A stretch of DNA of 64,000 nt, taken from positions 56,978,001-57,042,000 of the forward strand of contig OX597833.1 of assembly GCA_951406725.2 (NCBI GenBank), written 5' to 3'. The notes beneath the pieces were generated by a model. The model saw nothing but the letters and a program-made list of their open reading frames with translations, was not told where the DNA came from and ran no database searches. Below are positions 12,444-25,296 of the stretch, piece by piece (the stretch's first letter is position 1; each line of letters begins with the position of its first letter). The DNA comes from Octopus vulgaris. Its lineage: Eukaryota. The translations under genes were made by a program, and so were the position numbers.

Positions 12444-13060
12444 CCCGGTTTCAGTTTATGAGTTGTGGCCATGCTGGGGCACCACCATTTGTGTTGCCAC
12501 ATAACTTTTACTTCACTAATTCATTTTGGAACTTGACATTTGGTGTATAGGGGAGTTTGACGAGCGTGATCGTTGACAGAGCGGCTAACAGGCTTCCGAG
12601 CCAGTGGCACATAAAAGGCACCATTCGAGTGTGATTGTTGCCAGCTTCGCTTTACTGGCACTTGTGCCCCGTGCTAGTAAGGTGCTAAGAGCACCATCCA
12701 AGCGTGATCGTTGCCAGAGCGGCTAACTGGCTTCCGTGCTGGTGGCATGTAGGAGGCACCATTTGAGCGGGATCGTTACCAGCATCGCCTTACTGGCACC
12801 TGTGCCATTGGCATGTGTAAAAAATTCGAGCGAGGTCGTTGCCAGTACTCCCTGACTGGCTCCCATGCTGGTGACACATAAAAGCACCCACTACACTCTC
12901 GGAGTGGTTGGTGTTAGGAAGGGCATCCAGCTGTAGAAACTCTGCCAGATCAAGACTGGAGCCTTGTGCAGCCATCTGGTTTGCCAGCCCACAGTCAAAC
13001 CATCCAACCCATGCTAGCATGGAAAGCGGACATTAAACGACAATGACGACGATGATGATG
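12444..13060 (+). mobile_element. SINE family C (RTE-like tail, internal ~60-bp tandem units)
   Basis: Repeated GGTGGCACRTAAAA.GCACC units, then GGCGTTAGGAAGGGCATCCAGC...GGACRTTAAACGA(TGA)n. Confidence 0.8.
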
Positions 13061-13463
13061 ATATGGATCAAAATAGTTTGGTTCAAATTCGTTGGTACTC
13101 TGAGTTTCAAGCGTGATGCTAATATTCAGCCATTTTGAATTTGAATGAGAGAAGTTGATTTGTTGGGCTGCAATTAGTCGAGGAAGGTCATGCAGCGTCG
13201 TGGTTTGATGTTGGTATAACAGCGACAGCAGTCACTTGGAAAACACCGCATGGTGAAGAGAAAATCAACCACGTGGTGGACAACAAGTCGAGCACGTGGT
13301 GGACAGGAAATCAGTCGTGTTGTTAGATGGGGAAGTAAGAAGGAGCGGTATGTGCAAGCAAATAGTTGTATATGTGAGTGTGTGGTCGTGCTTATATGGT
13401 TTTGCGTGCATGTCTATATATATATATATATATATATAATACTACAAAATTAGAGAATGGGGT

Positions 13464-13521
<58 letters not shown>

Positions 13522-13530
<9 letters not shown>

Positions 13531-13870
13531 CAATTTAATAAATAAAACATATGCATACATACATACATATATGTACATACCTACATCTATATGTATATAT
13601 ACATGCATATATAGGTACAGGACACCACAAATAAACGTAGAACACAACGAGAAACGAAAACATAAAACCAAACAAGGAAACAGACTTTTTTTTTAACAAC
13701 GGAAAAACAGAGTACAAGACAACCAACTCAAGGAACATTCCCCTTCTTCAGCTGCCCCTCTTTCGACTCAATGCGTGTTTCGAAGGTAAGGGCAGAACAC
13801 GATCCAGCCGAAGCAGTCCTTCCTGCAAAATGAATTAAATAAAATTCTTTTGCCCAGGGGTAAAAAAAAG
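13522..13870 (-). mobile_element. Dispersed repeat, probable Penelope-like terminal repeat
   Basis: Further copies at 15570-15830 and inverted at 22320-22580; inserted in (TA)n; contains GAAAC and CTGAAGA motifs. Confidence 0.55.
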
Positions 13871-14313
13871 TGACAAGAACAGGACGTAAAAGCAATATAT
13901 ATAAAACAGCAAAAAACAGCAAAAAGTATATATCCATAGTAATTAAGAGCTCACTTATTAATAAGTCAGTGAAATGCAGCACATTATAACATTGCACTTA
14001 ATCCTGGGGAAGAAGCTCACATGTGTGTATATATATATATATGTATAACAGGATAAAATGATCCCAAAGAGAATTGCATATTAAGAGTAAAATGCAGAAA
14101 AGCATAAATTTTATAGATACATCATAATTTGATTACTTTTACCAGCTGTTTCATTAGGAATAAGTGTAATTAATACCATGATTAAGGTACATAATTAATG
14201 AAAATTAATTCGAGATAATGCTCATCCCAAATCATCTGGAATACTACCTGCTATGTTAGCCATAAACAGTGCTGATTCAAATATATATGTGTATATACGT
14301 GTGTGTATGTGCG

Positions 14314-14389
<76 letters not shown>

Positions 14390-14609
14390 AGTAGGTGAAT
14401 GAATTATCCTATGTTTATCGTCTGCATGGAATATTCGTTTAACCGAAACCTGGGTAGCAAATTCACGTCAGAAACACGGTTGAAGCGACCTGTCAAGGGT
14501 AGAAACTCCGGGTTCATGTGTAGAAATTTGTGTGTTGAATATGAATAAATGAAAGAATGGAGTCGAACGAAGATGTTGACAAAATTCCTTTACTCTCGAC
14601 ACATGTCGA

Positions 14610-14900
14610 CTTATTCTTTGTACTTATTCTATCGGTCTCTTTTACCGAACCGCTAAGTTACAGGGACGTAAACACACCAGCATCGGTTGTCACAGACACA
14701 CAAACACACACACACATACATATATATACATATATACGACAGGCTTCTTTCAGTTTCCATCTACCAAATCCACTCACAAGGCTTTGGTCAGCCCGAGGCT
14801 ATAGCAGAAGACACTTGCCCAAGGTGCCACGCTGGGGGACTGAACCCGGAACCATGTGGTTGGTAAGCAAGCTACTTAGCACACAGACACTCCTATGCCT
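14610..14900 (-). mobile_element. SINE family A (partial)
   Basis: Matches family A. Confidence 0.85.
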
Positions 14901-15421
14901 ATGCATTAATGCAAAAAATATTGTGCTTATTGGCTATCTTCAAAATGATCACACCATCAAAGGAAAATTTCAATGCCAACTTCCTAAGGTAGTTATGAAA
15001 GGCTATCAAAACCAAACACCCAGAAAAACTGATGAATGGGGTCTTGTTTCATTAGGACAATGCTTCAGCACACAAGTCCTTGGTTTCAATGGCTGCTGTG
15101 TGTGACTGGCTTTGAACTTTGAACTGGTTGATCATCCTCCCTATGTTAGTGATTTGGTTCCTTCTGGTTATCATCTGTTTCCCAACATAGAAAAACACTC
15201 AGCTGAGCACCAGTATCACTATGATGAGAACATCGTATATGTTGTTGATGACCATTTTGATCAACAGAAAAGCTTCTTCACCAGTACGATCCAAGCACTG
15301 CAACTTACTTATGGAAGTGTGTGGACAGTAAGAGGGACTATGTTAGAAAATGAACTTCATTTGGTCACATTCCACTGAGAGTGTCTTGCTCAGATTATGA
15401 ACATTTCAACCGACCCTCATC
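14901..15421 (+). pseudogene. Mariner transposase C-terminal relic with 3' TIR
   Basis: VLFH*DNASAH..FELVDHPPYVSDLVPSGYHLFP (the D,D34D-type motif region) and KCVDSKGDY; frameshifted; TIR-like AACATTTCAACCGACCCTCAT. Confidence 0.85.
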
Positions 15422-16330
15422 ATAATAAAAATTATTATTATGCCCGTATTTGTTTTAACGTTAACATTGGAAAAATTCACATTTTTCATAAAAAAAATTA
15501 GGACCTGGGTTTGCACCTCCTTAGCAAATTTTGTTGCTGGGCCACTCCATGTGTGTGTGTTTGTGTTGGTGTCCTGTACCCATATATGCATGTATATATA
15601 CATGTAGAGGTAGGTACGTACATATATGTATGTATGTATACATGCATATATGGGTACAGGACACCAAAAAAACGTCGAACACAATGAGAAATGAAAACAT
15701 AAACACAAAACCAAGGAAATGGACGTTTTTTTAAAACAACGAAAAAATAGATCACAGGACAAATAACACAAGGAAAATTCCCCTTCTTCAGTCGCCTTTA
15801 TTTCATCTACTCCACGTTTCGAAGGTCATGCATATATTTATATACATATGTATGTATGTGTATATATATGTGTGTGTGTGTTTTATATATATATATATAT
15901 ATATATATTCTCGCGGTTAAAATATAATGTTTGCTAGATAGACCACGTGGGTGGAATGGGGAGTGCAGAATTTTACGCCTGCGCATTTTGAATTTGTTGA
16001 CACTGTTTAGTTGGAGTGGTTCATCTGAAGCGACAAGTACGCTGATAGGTAAAGTTCCTTCTTTTAGTGTTTCCAAATCCAAATTAAGAAATTTTGAGCT
16101 GACGAAAGAAATGCTGATTTTATTTGGCTAATCTTGAAACGTTGACGTACTCAAACGATCTATGTACTTGTGATATTTTTCTGTATTTACCCCAAACCTT
16201 CGTGAGCTGTCTGGGGTAAACATTATCTGAGAGAAATTTTCTTTAAGTAGTAGAAATACGAAGAAAAATTTTTTGGCTGCTATTTCTACTAAGTTCAGTA
16301 TGTGGCAAAGTAATTTATTTTACTAAGCCC

Positions 16331-16359
<29 letters not shown>

Positions 16360-16366
<7 letters not shown>

Positions 16367-16626
16367 GTGTAGGAAGAAATGGGGCTGACGTAGATTTAAC
16401 AAAATTCCTTTTTATTATCTTCTACATATGTTTCAAAGGCTGCAAAGTCCCTAATTCGGATTGAATAAGGAGTCCATTTTGCAGCCTTCTCTGAGAAGGC
16501 TGCAAAATGGACTCCTTATTCAATCCGAATTAGGGACTTTGCAGCCTTTGAAACATATGTAGAAGATAATAAAAAGGAATTTTGTTAAATCTTCGTTCAG
16601 CTCCATTTCTTCCTACACTAAATATA
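16360..16626. repeat. Near-perfect ~265-bp palindrome centred on 16492 (inverted Penelope-like terminal repeat)
   Basis: ~130-bp arms with a 1-nt spacer. Confidence 0.9.
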
Positions 16627-16964
16627 TAAAACTTAAAATTTCCGCACTAAGGCTCGGATTTTAGGCCCCATGGTCGTAACCTCAACTGTGCTTTTTCTGT
16701 TGTGATTTTTGCTACCCAGGTATCGGTTATCATTTGAATAATCTGTAATAAGATAATTCATTTATCTACTTATATATATATATATATATATATATAGTAC
16801 AAAGTAAGATAGGGGTTATGAGGGTAACCCACTATGGGATATCATTTATCCAATATACTATCCAATATATTTATATAGTTAATAAATAATATGAAATGGT
16901 AATATCTGTAAGTTGATGATTGAAATGAATTTGTTCCTCCATTTCCTTTTGAACCAGCCAGGAT

Positions 16965-17267
16965 TCCTGGTACGTAAAAAGCACTATCCGACTCGTGGCC
17001 GATGCCAGCGCCGCCTCGACTGGCTTCCGTGCCGGTGGCACGTAAAATACACCAATCCGACCGTGGCCGTTTGCCAGCCTCGCCTGGTACCTGTGCAGGT
17101 GGCACGTAAAAAGCACCCACTACACTCACTGAGTGCTTGGCGTTAGGAAGGGCATCCAGCTGTAGAAACATTGCCAGATAAGACTGGAGCCTGGTGCAGC
17201 CTTCTGGCTTCTCAGATCCCCGGTCAAACCGTCCAACCCATGCTAGCATGGAGAACGGACGTTAAAC

Positions 17268-17310
<43 letters not shown>
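16965..17310 (+). mobile_element. SINE family C
   Basis: Same tail with a long (GAT)n. Confidence 0.85.
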
Positions 17311-17312
<2 letters not shown>

Positions 17313-17323
17313 ATATATATATA

Positions 17324-17367
<44 letters not shown>

Positions 17368-18157
17368 TAGATAGATAGATGGAGATACACACATACATAC
17401 ATACATACATACATACATACATACATACATACATACAAACATACACACATATATACATACGTACATACATACATACACACACATACATACATACACACAC
17501 ACATACATACATACACATACACATACATACACACACACATACATACACATACATACATACACATACACACATAGATACATACATACATACATACATACAT
17601 ACATACATACATACATACATACAAGTATACTCAAATAAATACAAATCTACACCTACAAATATACGTACACAAGCACTCAAAACAACCCCCCCCCCCCAAA
17701 AAAAAAAGCACCCACACACGTACACATGAATGCACACACACACACACACACACAAGGCACACACACACAGAAATGCATGCCCACCCACACATACATAGAT
17801 AAAGCAGTGTTAAAAAAAAAAAACGAACAACAACAAAAACATTGCTTGCTGGCAGAAAGCCGGAAGGGAGGGAGAAGGGTGAGGGGAATCGAAGGAGTAG
17901 CCAACTGCTTCGGCTGCAAACTTCCCACTTTTACTCTTAGAAGCTTAAGTGTTACTTTGTCGTCACTTCGTGGTGTGCGTTTTTCTTTTTTTTTTTTTTT
18001 CTTTTTCCTTCTGTATTTTAATTGACTTGCTTTGACTCTCTGTTGATGCTTATTACATGCTGAATAGAAATGTGGAACATTGTTGTGGGGACACTTGCAC
18101 CGAGCGAGCGAATGGAGATATATATGTGTGTGTGTATATATATATATGTGCATGTAA

Positions 18158-18196
<39 letters not shown>

Positions 18197-18268
18197 CATG
18201 TAAATATATGTATGTATATATATGTATATATATATATATATATTTGTACATATATATATATATACATA

Positions 18269-18311
<43 letters not shown>

Positions 18312-18349
18312 CATATATATATACATATCTATATATATATATGTATATA

Positions 18350-18450
<101 letters not shown>

Positions 18451-18470
18451 TATATATCACACAAAACAAA

Positions 18471-19056
18471 GTATCAATTGAATACTGTTGTCCACTGTGC
18501 TCTCCCCACACAAAACAAGGTATCATAAAAGTTGAAGCACCTCAAAGGGCAATCACAAAAAAGATAGATGGCATGACAGGCCTCGATTATAGGGGTCGAC
18601 TAGAAAAGCTAAAATTTTATTCTCTCCAACATCGTCGTGAGCGCTACATCATCTGCATGATGTGGAAAATATTCCATCAGCATTGCCCAAATGATGTTGG
18701 CATCACCTTTAAGGTACATCCAAGGCTTGGGCCCCGTGCCATCCGCCCACTACAAAAATCGCACTCTCATCTCATAACAACAATACGGCACAATTATTTC
18801 ACCTCAATTGGCCCCGCTCTCTTTAACATTACACCAAAACACATTAAAACAGAAACAGACCCTATAGGGTTCAAGAAGTCTTTGGACAGATTCCTTCAAG
18901 AAATCCCGAATAAACCCCCTACACCCGGATATGTCTCTGTAAACAATAACTCTCTACTTGAGTGGGCCATAGTGCCCAAATTCTGACTTGAAAGACTTCA
19001 CCAGGTGGTGCTATTAAGTTAGACATGGCCGAAACCTATCAAAGTATCAAAGTATA
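18471..19056 (+). mobile_element. CR1/L2-group LINE 3' fragment (ORF2 C-terminus, open ~170 aa)
   Basis: [61 protein letters not shown]; tail (TATCAAAG)2. Confidence 0.88.
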
Positions 19057-19730
19057 TATGTATACATACTGGTAGGGGTTGATCAGTTTTATACGATCGA
19101 ATGTATCCAAGGACTACATTGTGCTCCTGTGTCTGCTTTGGCATGCTTTCTACAACTGGATGCCCTTTCTAATGCTAAATACTTCACAGAGTACACTGGG
19201 TGCTGTTCTCATGCCACCAGCACTAGCAGAGCTTCCATGCAGCTTGTAAACGTGTAACAGCACAAATTGAATAGTAAACATTATTATGAAATGTTGGAGT
19301 CAGCTGATGTGACGATGAAAATTTATTGTTATAATTGCATACTGTAGGATGTGAAAGAGGAACAATGCATGAAGTTTTAAGGAAACATTTATTTACCGTT
19401 ACGTTACAATACCTTGCCTCAATGGGCAGGTTATTATAAATCCAAAAGCATGCGAAGTAAAGTTTGTGTTTGTGTCCTCTTCATTGTTTAGTAGTAGTAA
19501 ATACAGAGAGAGATAGAATGATGTTGTAAGAGAACAGAATTAGAGCTAGAGAGAATTGTAGGGTGTTGTTTGACCAGTTGCTGGCAGTAAACTTCATTTC
19601 TCCCTCTGACCAATGTTGGTCAGCCAGACTACGTTGAGTCGTCACCGACTGTGACTAACTCTGTTGAGTCCTTACGACTGAGATGAACTAATTTTTGCTG
19701 GGATGTGCTGGTTTATATAACTATCTAGAA

Positions 19731-19899
19731 GGACTGCGGCCATGCTGGAGCACCGCCTTTAATCAAGCAACTCAACCCCAGGACTTATTCTTTGTAAGCC
19801 TAGTACGTATTCTATCGGTCCCTTTTGCTGAAACGCTAAGTTACGGGGACATAAACACATCCGCATCGATTGTCAAGCAATGTTGGGGGGAAAAACACA

Positions 19900-19941
<42 letters not shown>

Positions 19942-20070
19942 TATATGCGACAGGCTTTTTTCAGTTTCCGTCTACCAAATCCACTCACAAGGCATTGGTT
20001 GGCCCGAGGCTACAGTAGAAGACACTTGCCCAAGGTTGACACGCAGTGGGACAGAACCCGGAACCTTGTG
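19731..20070 (-). mobile_element. SINE family A
   Basis: Matches family A. Confidence 0.85.
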
Positions 20071-20496
20071 GTTCCTACGACATTCTTATTAAATAAAAAA
20101 AAAAAAAAAAAAAAAAAACAGCACAGTGCCCATGACTTGCAGAAACATTTTTTCATGCTCAGAATTGTCGAAGCCTGGAATAAACAACGCATGCTCATTA
20201 TTAACTATCATCCTTCAAAAATTTTGAAATGTGCCAACACAACTCCTAGCCGGCCCTTAACACCCTTATTCTTTGACTCTTTCCATGTACCCTTTTCTCT
20301 ATTTTTCTGTTTATTCTTTATACTGTGCATATACTTCTGACTTTCATTGCTGTCTGTCTTTATTTGATTTACATGCCTGCTCTCCGTCCCCTCTCTTAAC
20401 CTTTTCCAATTAGCTGTAGTGCACCTAAGCACTACATACAATAAACTCATTACTTATACATATACATGTGAGTGTGTGTGTGTGTGTATATATATT

Positions 20497-20559
<63 letters not shown>

Positions 20560-20562
<3 letters not shown>

Positions 20563-20722
20563 CACAGGAGTGGCTGTGTGGTAAGTAGCTTGCTTACCAA
20601 CCACATGGTTCTGGGTTCAGTCCCACTGCGTGGCATCTTGGGCAAGTGTCTTCTGCTATACCCCAGGCCGACCAATGACTTGTGAGTGGATTTGGTAGAC
20701 GGAAACTGAAAAGAAGCCTGTC

Positions 20723-20762
<40 letters not shown>

Positions 20763-20960
20763 ATGTGTTTGTGTGTCTGTGTTTAAACGTTCCCCTAGCA
20801 TTGCTTTTTGACAGCCGATGCTGGTGTGTTTTACGTCCCTCGTTCACTTAGTGGTTCGGAAACCTCAAGTAAAGAGACCGGATAGAATAAGTACTGAGCT
20901 TACAAAAGAATAAGTCCCGGGGTCGATTTGCTTGACTAAACAAGTAAAAGAGAGTAAAGA
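20560..20960 (+). mobile_element. SINE family A
   Basis: Matches family A. Confidence 0.9.
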
Positions 20961-21312
20961 GTAAAGAATATTAAATAATTTACAGCAGTTCAAGGACAGT
21001 GTCATCTACCATTACATTAACTGTCATCTATACCCTTCGTTCTAGGGGTATGTGGTCTTGTATCATCCATCTGAGAAATTAATACATTTAAATCTCCCCT
21101 ATTCTCTGATTTTGTAATGTAAAACCGTTGTACCACTGTTGGTAAAGTAATGAACTACAATTCCCAGTGGGGAAAAAAAAATGGGGTTAGAAACTGTGCA
21201 CAATGTAATAAATATGAATTGCCCTTACAGCCAAAATGCTTGCCGATATCAGCAGATTTTAATTCAGAGGAAACTTGTTCAATTCCAAGTTAAATTAGAA
21301 CCAATTTATTTT

Positions 21313-21552
21313 ATTTTACTCTTTACTCTTTTACTTGTTTCAGTCATTTGACTGCGGCCATGCTGGAATACCGCCTTTAGTCGAGCAAATCAAATCCAGG
21401 ACTTATTCTTTGTAAGCCCAGTACTTATTCTATCGGTCTCTTTTGCCGAACCGCTAAGTGACGGGGACATAAACACACCAGCATCGCTTGTCAAGCAATG
21501 CTAGGGGAACAAACACAGACACACAAACACACACATGCATATATATATATAC

Positions 21553-21608
<56 letters not shown>

Positions 21609-21772
21609 GACGGGGTTCTTTTCAGTTTCCTTCTACCAAATCCACTCACAAGGCTTTGGTCAGCCCAAGGCTATAGTAGAAGACACTTGCCCAAGGTGCC
21701 ACGCAGTGGGACTGAACCCGGAACCATGTGGTTGGTAAACAAGCTACTTACCACACAGCCACCCCTGCGCCT
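21313..21772 (-). mobile_element. SINE family A
   Basis: Full-length copy. Confidence 0.9.
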
Positions 21773-21877
21773 ATCAGTGGTCCTTCAGTTTTTCTAAGCC
21801 CTACAAAAGAATTTGGGAAGGTTGAGCCTCCAGCCAGGCCTTTTGTGGTACTCTTAAAGCCTGGAACTTTTTAGCAC

Positions 21878-21922
<45 letters not shown>

Positions 21923-22280
21923 CATATATAAAATGGGGTTCCTTATATTCAAAATATTCTTTTATCATTCTCAATATAGTCCCCAGCAGGCCAGTACATT
22001 GTGAGTGAATTTAGTAAACAGGATGACAACGATGATGATGATGATGATGATGAAACTATGGGGAGCCCCGTTGTGTGTGTGTGTGTGTGCGCGCATGTGC
22101 GTATGAGTGCTTGTTCTCTCCATTGCGGCTCTGTGGTAAGAAGCTTGTTTCCCAACCACGTAGTTTCAGGTTCAGTCCCACTGCATGGCCCCTTGGGTAA
22201 GTGTCTTCTACTATAGGCTCTCAGGATGACCAAAGCCTTATTAGTGGATTTGGTAAATGGAAACTGAAAGAAGCCCATTG

Positions 22281-22319
<39 letters not shown>

Positions 22320-22578
22320 GATCGTGCTCTGCCCTTACCTTCGAAACACGCATTGAGTCGAAACAGGGGCAGCTGAAGAAGGGGAATATTGTTTGTCTTG
22401 TACTCTGTTTTTTCGTTCTTAAAAAAAGTCCATTTCCTTGTTTGATTTTATGTTTTCGTTTCTCGTTGTGTTCTACGTTTATTTGTGGTGTCCTGTACTC
22501 ATATATGCATGTATATATACATATAGATGTAGGTATGTACATATATGTATGTATGCATATGTTTTATTTATTAAATTG

Positions 22579-22610
<32 letters not shown>

Positions 22611-22927
22611 CAAATGAAAGACAGAAGATGGAATATACGAGAATTTATTATAAATCACGACAATTGTTTTGACACATCCAGCATTGATTCTTCTTAGGTG
22701 GGACACTCGACAACTGGTTCAGGATCATCCAGTGATGCAGATGTATAAGTTTATGTGAGCGTGTCTTTGTGTCTGTGTTTGTCCTCCCCACCACCGCTTG
22801 AAAACCGGTGTTAGTGTGTTTACAACCCCATAACTTAGCAGTTTGGCATAGAGACCAATAGAATAAGTACCAGGTTTTTTCTTAAAAAAAATGTACTGGG
22901 GTCGATTTACTTGACTAAAATTCTTCA

Positions 22928-23146
22928 GAGCTGGCAGAAACGTTAGCATGCCGGGCGAAATGCATAGCCGTATTTCGTCTGCTGTTACGTTCCGAGTTCA
23001 AATTCCGCCGAGGTCGACTTTGCCTTTCATTCTCTCGATAAATTAAGTACCAGTTACGCACTGGGGTTGATGTAATCGACTTAATCCCTTTGTCTGTCCT
23101 TGTTTGTCCCTTCTGTGTTTAGTCCCTTGTGGGTAGTAAAGAAATA
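22928..23146 (+). mobile_element. SINE family B nested in an older family-A-like tail
   Basis: TSD AAATTCTTCA on both sides. Confidence 0.85.
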
Positions 23147-23499
23147 AATTCTTCAAGGCAGTGTCCCAACATGGCCACAGTCTAATGACTGAAACAAGTA
23201 AAAGATATAAGGTAAAAGGTAGGAGGTATTAAATTTCAGAGCAGGTGTGAAAGTAATTAGCATTTGGCTATGGTCCATGACTGTCACAAATGACTGATTC
23301 AGAAGGATGTTAACCTAGGGGGGAGGGATGGTGGCAGGGCGGGGGTTAAAGGAAGAATTGAGAGGAATTGATGTCATCATTTGAGAAGTGAAGAACTTTT
23401 CCACTGCATGACAGAGGCTGTTGTTTACAAAGAAGATGGAAGAAAGAGGAATTAGGCATTCTGTTAATTCTTGTGTGAAGGATGTACCATCCAGAGAGA

Positions 23500-24260
23500 T
23501 GGGGAAGGGAGTGGGAGAAGAGAGGGAGGGAGGGAGGGAGGGAGAAGAGAGGGAAGAGAGAAGGAGGGAAGGAGAAAGAGAGGGGAGAGGGGGTGGAGAA
23601 AGAGAGGGGAGAGAGGGAGAAGGAGAAAGGGAGAGAGAAGGAGGGAAGGAGAAAGATAGGGGAGAGAGAGGGAGGGAAGGAGAAAGATAGGGGAGAGAGA
23701 GGGAGGGAAGGAGAAAGAGAAGGGAGAGAGAGGGAGGGAAGGAGAAAGAGAGAGGGAGGGAGGGAGATGGAGAGAAAGAGCTAGATAAATAGAGAGAGGG
23801 AGGGAGAAGGATAGAGAAGGAAAAAGAGTGGGAGGGAGATGGAGAGAAAGAGTTAGACAAGTAGATAAATAGACAGATAGATAGATAGAGAGGGGAGAGA
23901 AAGAGGGGAAGGGGAAAGAGAGGGAGGGGGAGAAAAAGGGGAAGGGGAAAGAGAGGGAGGGGGAGTAAGAGGGGAAGGGGAAAGAGAGGGGGGAGAAAGA
24001 GGGGAAGGGGAAAGAGAGAAGGGGAGAAAGAGGGGAAAGGGAACGAGAGGGAGGGGAAGAAAGAGGGGAAAGGGAAAGAGAGGGAGGGGGAAGAAAGAGG
24101 GGAAGGGGAAAGAGAGGGAGGGAGGAAGGGAGAAGGAGAGAAAGAGCTAGACAAACAGACAGATTGATAGATAGAGAGGGAAGGGGAAAGGGAAAGAGAA
24201 GGACAGAAAGAGCTTGACAAATAGATTGATAGACATGGAGAGAGAAAGAGAGAGAGGAGA
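23500..24260. repeat. Polypurine (GA/GGA-rich) tract
   Basis: ~750 bp almost purine-only on the + strand. Confidence 0.95.
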
Positions 24261-24421
24261 TTCTATTGTAAAAAAACAGATATGTCAGAGGAAAAGCTTT
24301 GAGTTCACAAGATGAGAAGCCAACAAGAAAGTTTCTACATGATTGCTCAGTCTGCAAAAAATGATAGCCAAATCTCCCTCAGACCACTTCCTACCAACTT
24401 TACCATCTTATATTAAAATAT

Positions 24422-24830
24422 AGGTGCAGGAGTGGTTGTGTGGTAAGTAGCTTGTTTACCAACCACATGGTCTGGGTTCAGTCCCACTACGTGGCACCTT
24501 GGGCAAGTGTTTTCTGCTATAGCCTCAGGGCCGACCAATGCTTTGTGAGTGGATTTGGTAGACAGAAACTGAAAGAAGCCTGTCGTATACATGTATATAT
24601 ATACATGTATGTGTGTATATGTTTGTGTGTCTGTGTTTGTCCCCCTAGCATTGCTTGACAACCGATGGCGGTGTGTTTACGTCCCCGTCACTTAGCAGTT
24701 AGGCAAAAAGAGACCGATAGAATAAGAACTGGACTTATAAAGAATAAGTCCCGGGGTCGATTTGCTTGACTAATGGCAGTGCTCCAGCATGGCCGCAGTC
24801 AAATGACTGAAACAAGTAAAAGAGTAAGAG
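24422..24830 (+). mobile_element. SINE family A
   Basis: Full-length copy. Confidence 0.9.
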
Positions 24831-24835
24831 TATAT

Positions 24836-25296
24836 GTTTCTTTATTAGCCACACAGGGCTGAACACAGAGGGGACAAATTACAAAGTAGGGCTTTTCTTT
24901 TTGGGGAGAAAAATCAAAAAGTGGGGTAGCTTTTCGAACAAAAGGTATCGTAAAAAGGAAAGAAGAAAAAATACCAAAAAAATACGATCAATAGGGATCG
25001 TGTATCACAGAAATGTCACGATGTAAAGTATAAAGGGGGAAGCAGATAAGGTTTATCTGTGGAAAGAAAAGCCTATGGAAAAGACCACGGTAACCTCGGT
25101 CAATTATGTCACATGTTAACACATTTATTTGCAAGTAAGTAACTCTCTGTTTTAAATTTTTCCGGGTTCATAGGATTATACTCAAGGTGGCTTCATCATT
25201 CATACGTACCATCCTTGCTACATTCACCCATCTTTTTTTGAAACATTCGCTCGACAAAACTTGCCTCTCTACTCTCACTTTCCTTTTCAAGTGATA
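24836..25296 (-). mobile_element. Tx1/L1-type LINE 3' fragment
   Basis: Minus strand HLKRKVRVERQVLSSECFKKRWVNVARMV followed by a 3' UTR; a related relic lies at 42440-42700. Confidence 0.6.

Noticed and set aside
15910-16230. Possible Penelope GIY-YIG C-terminal relic (also 8360-8500 and 60530-60660)
   Set aside because: Too degenerate to call from translation alone.
23315-24357. 301-aa and 297-aa S/P/L/F-rich ORFs
   Set aside because: Stop-free translations of the polypurine/polypyrimidine tract.
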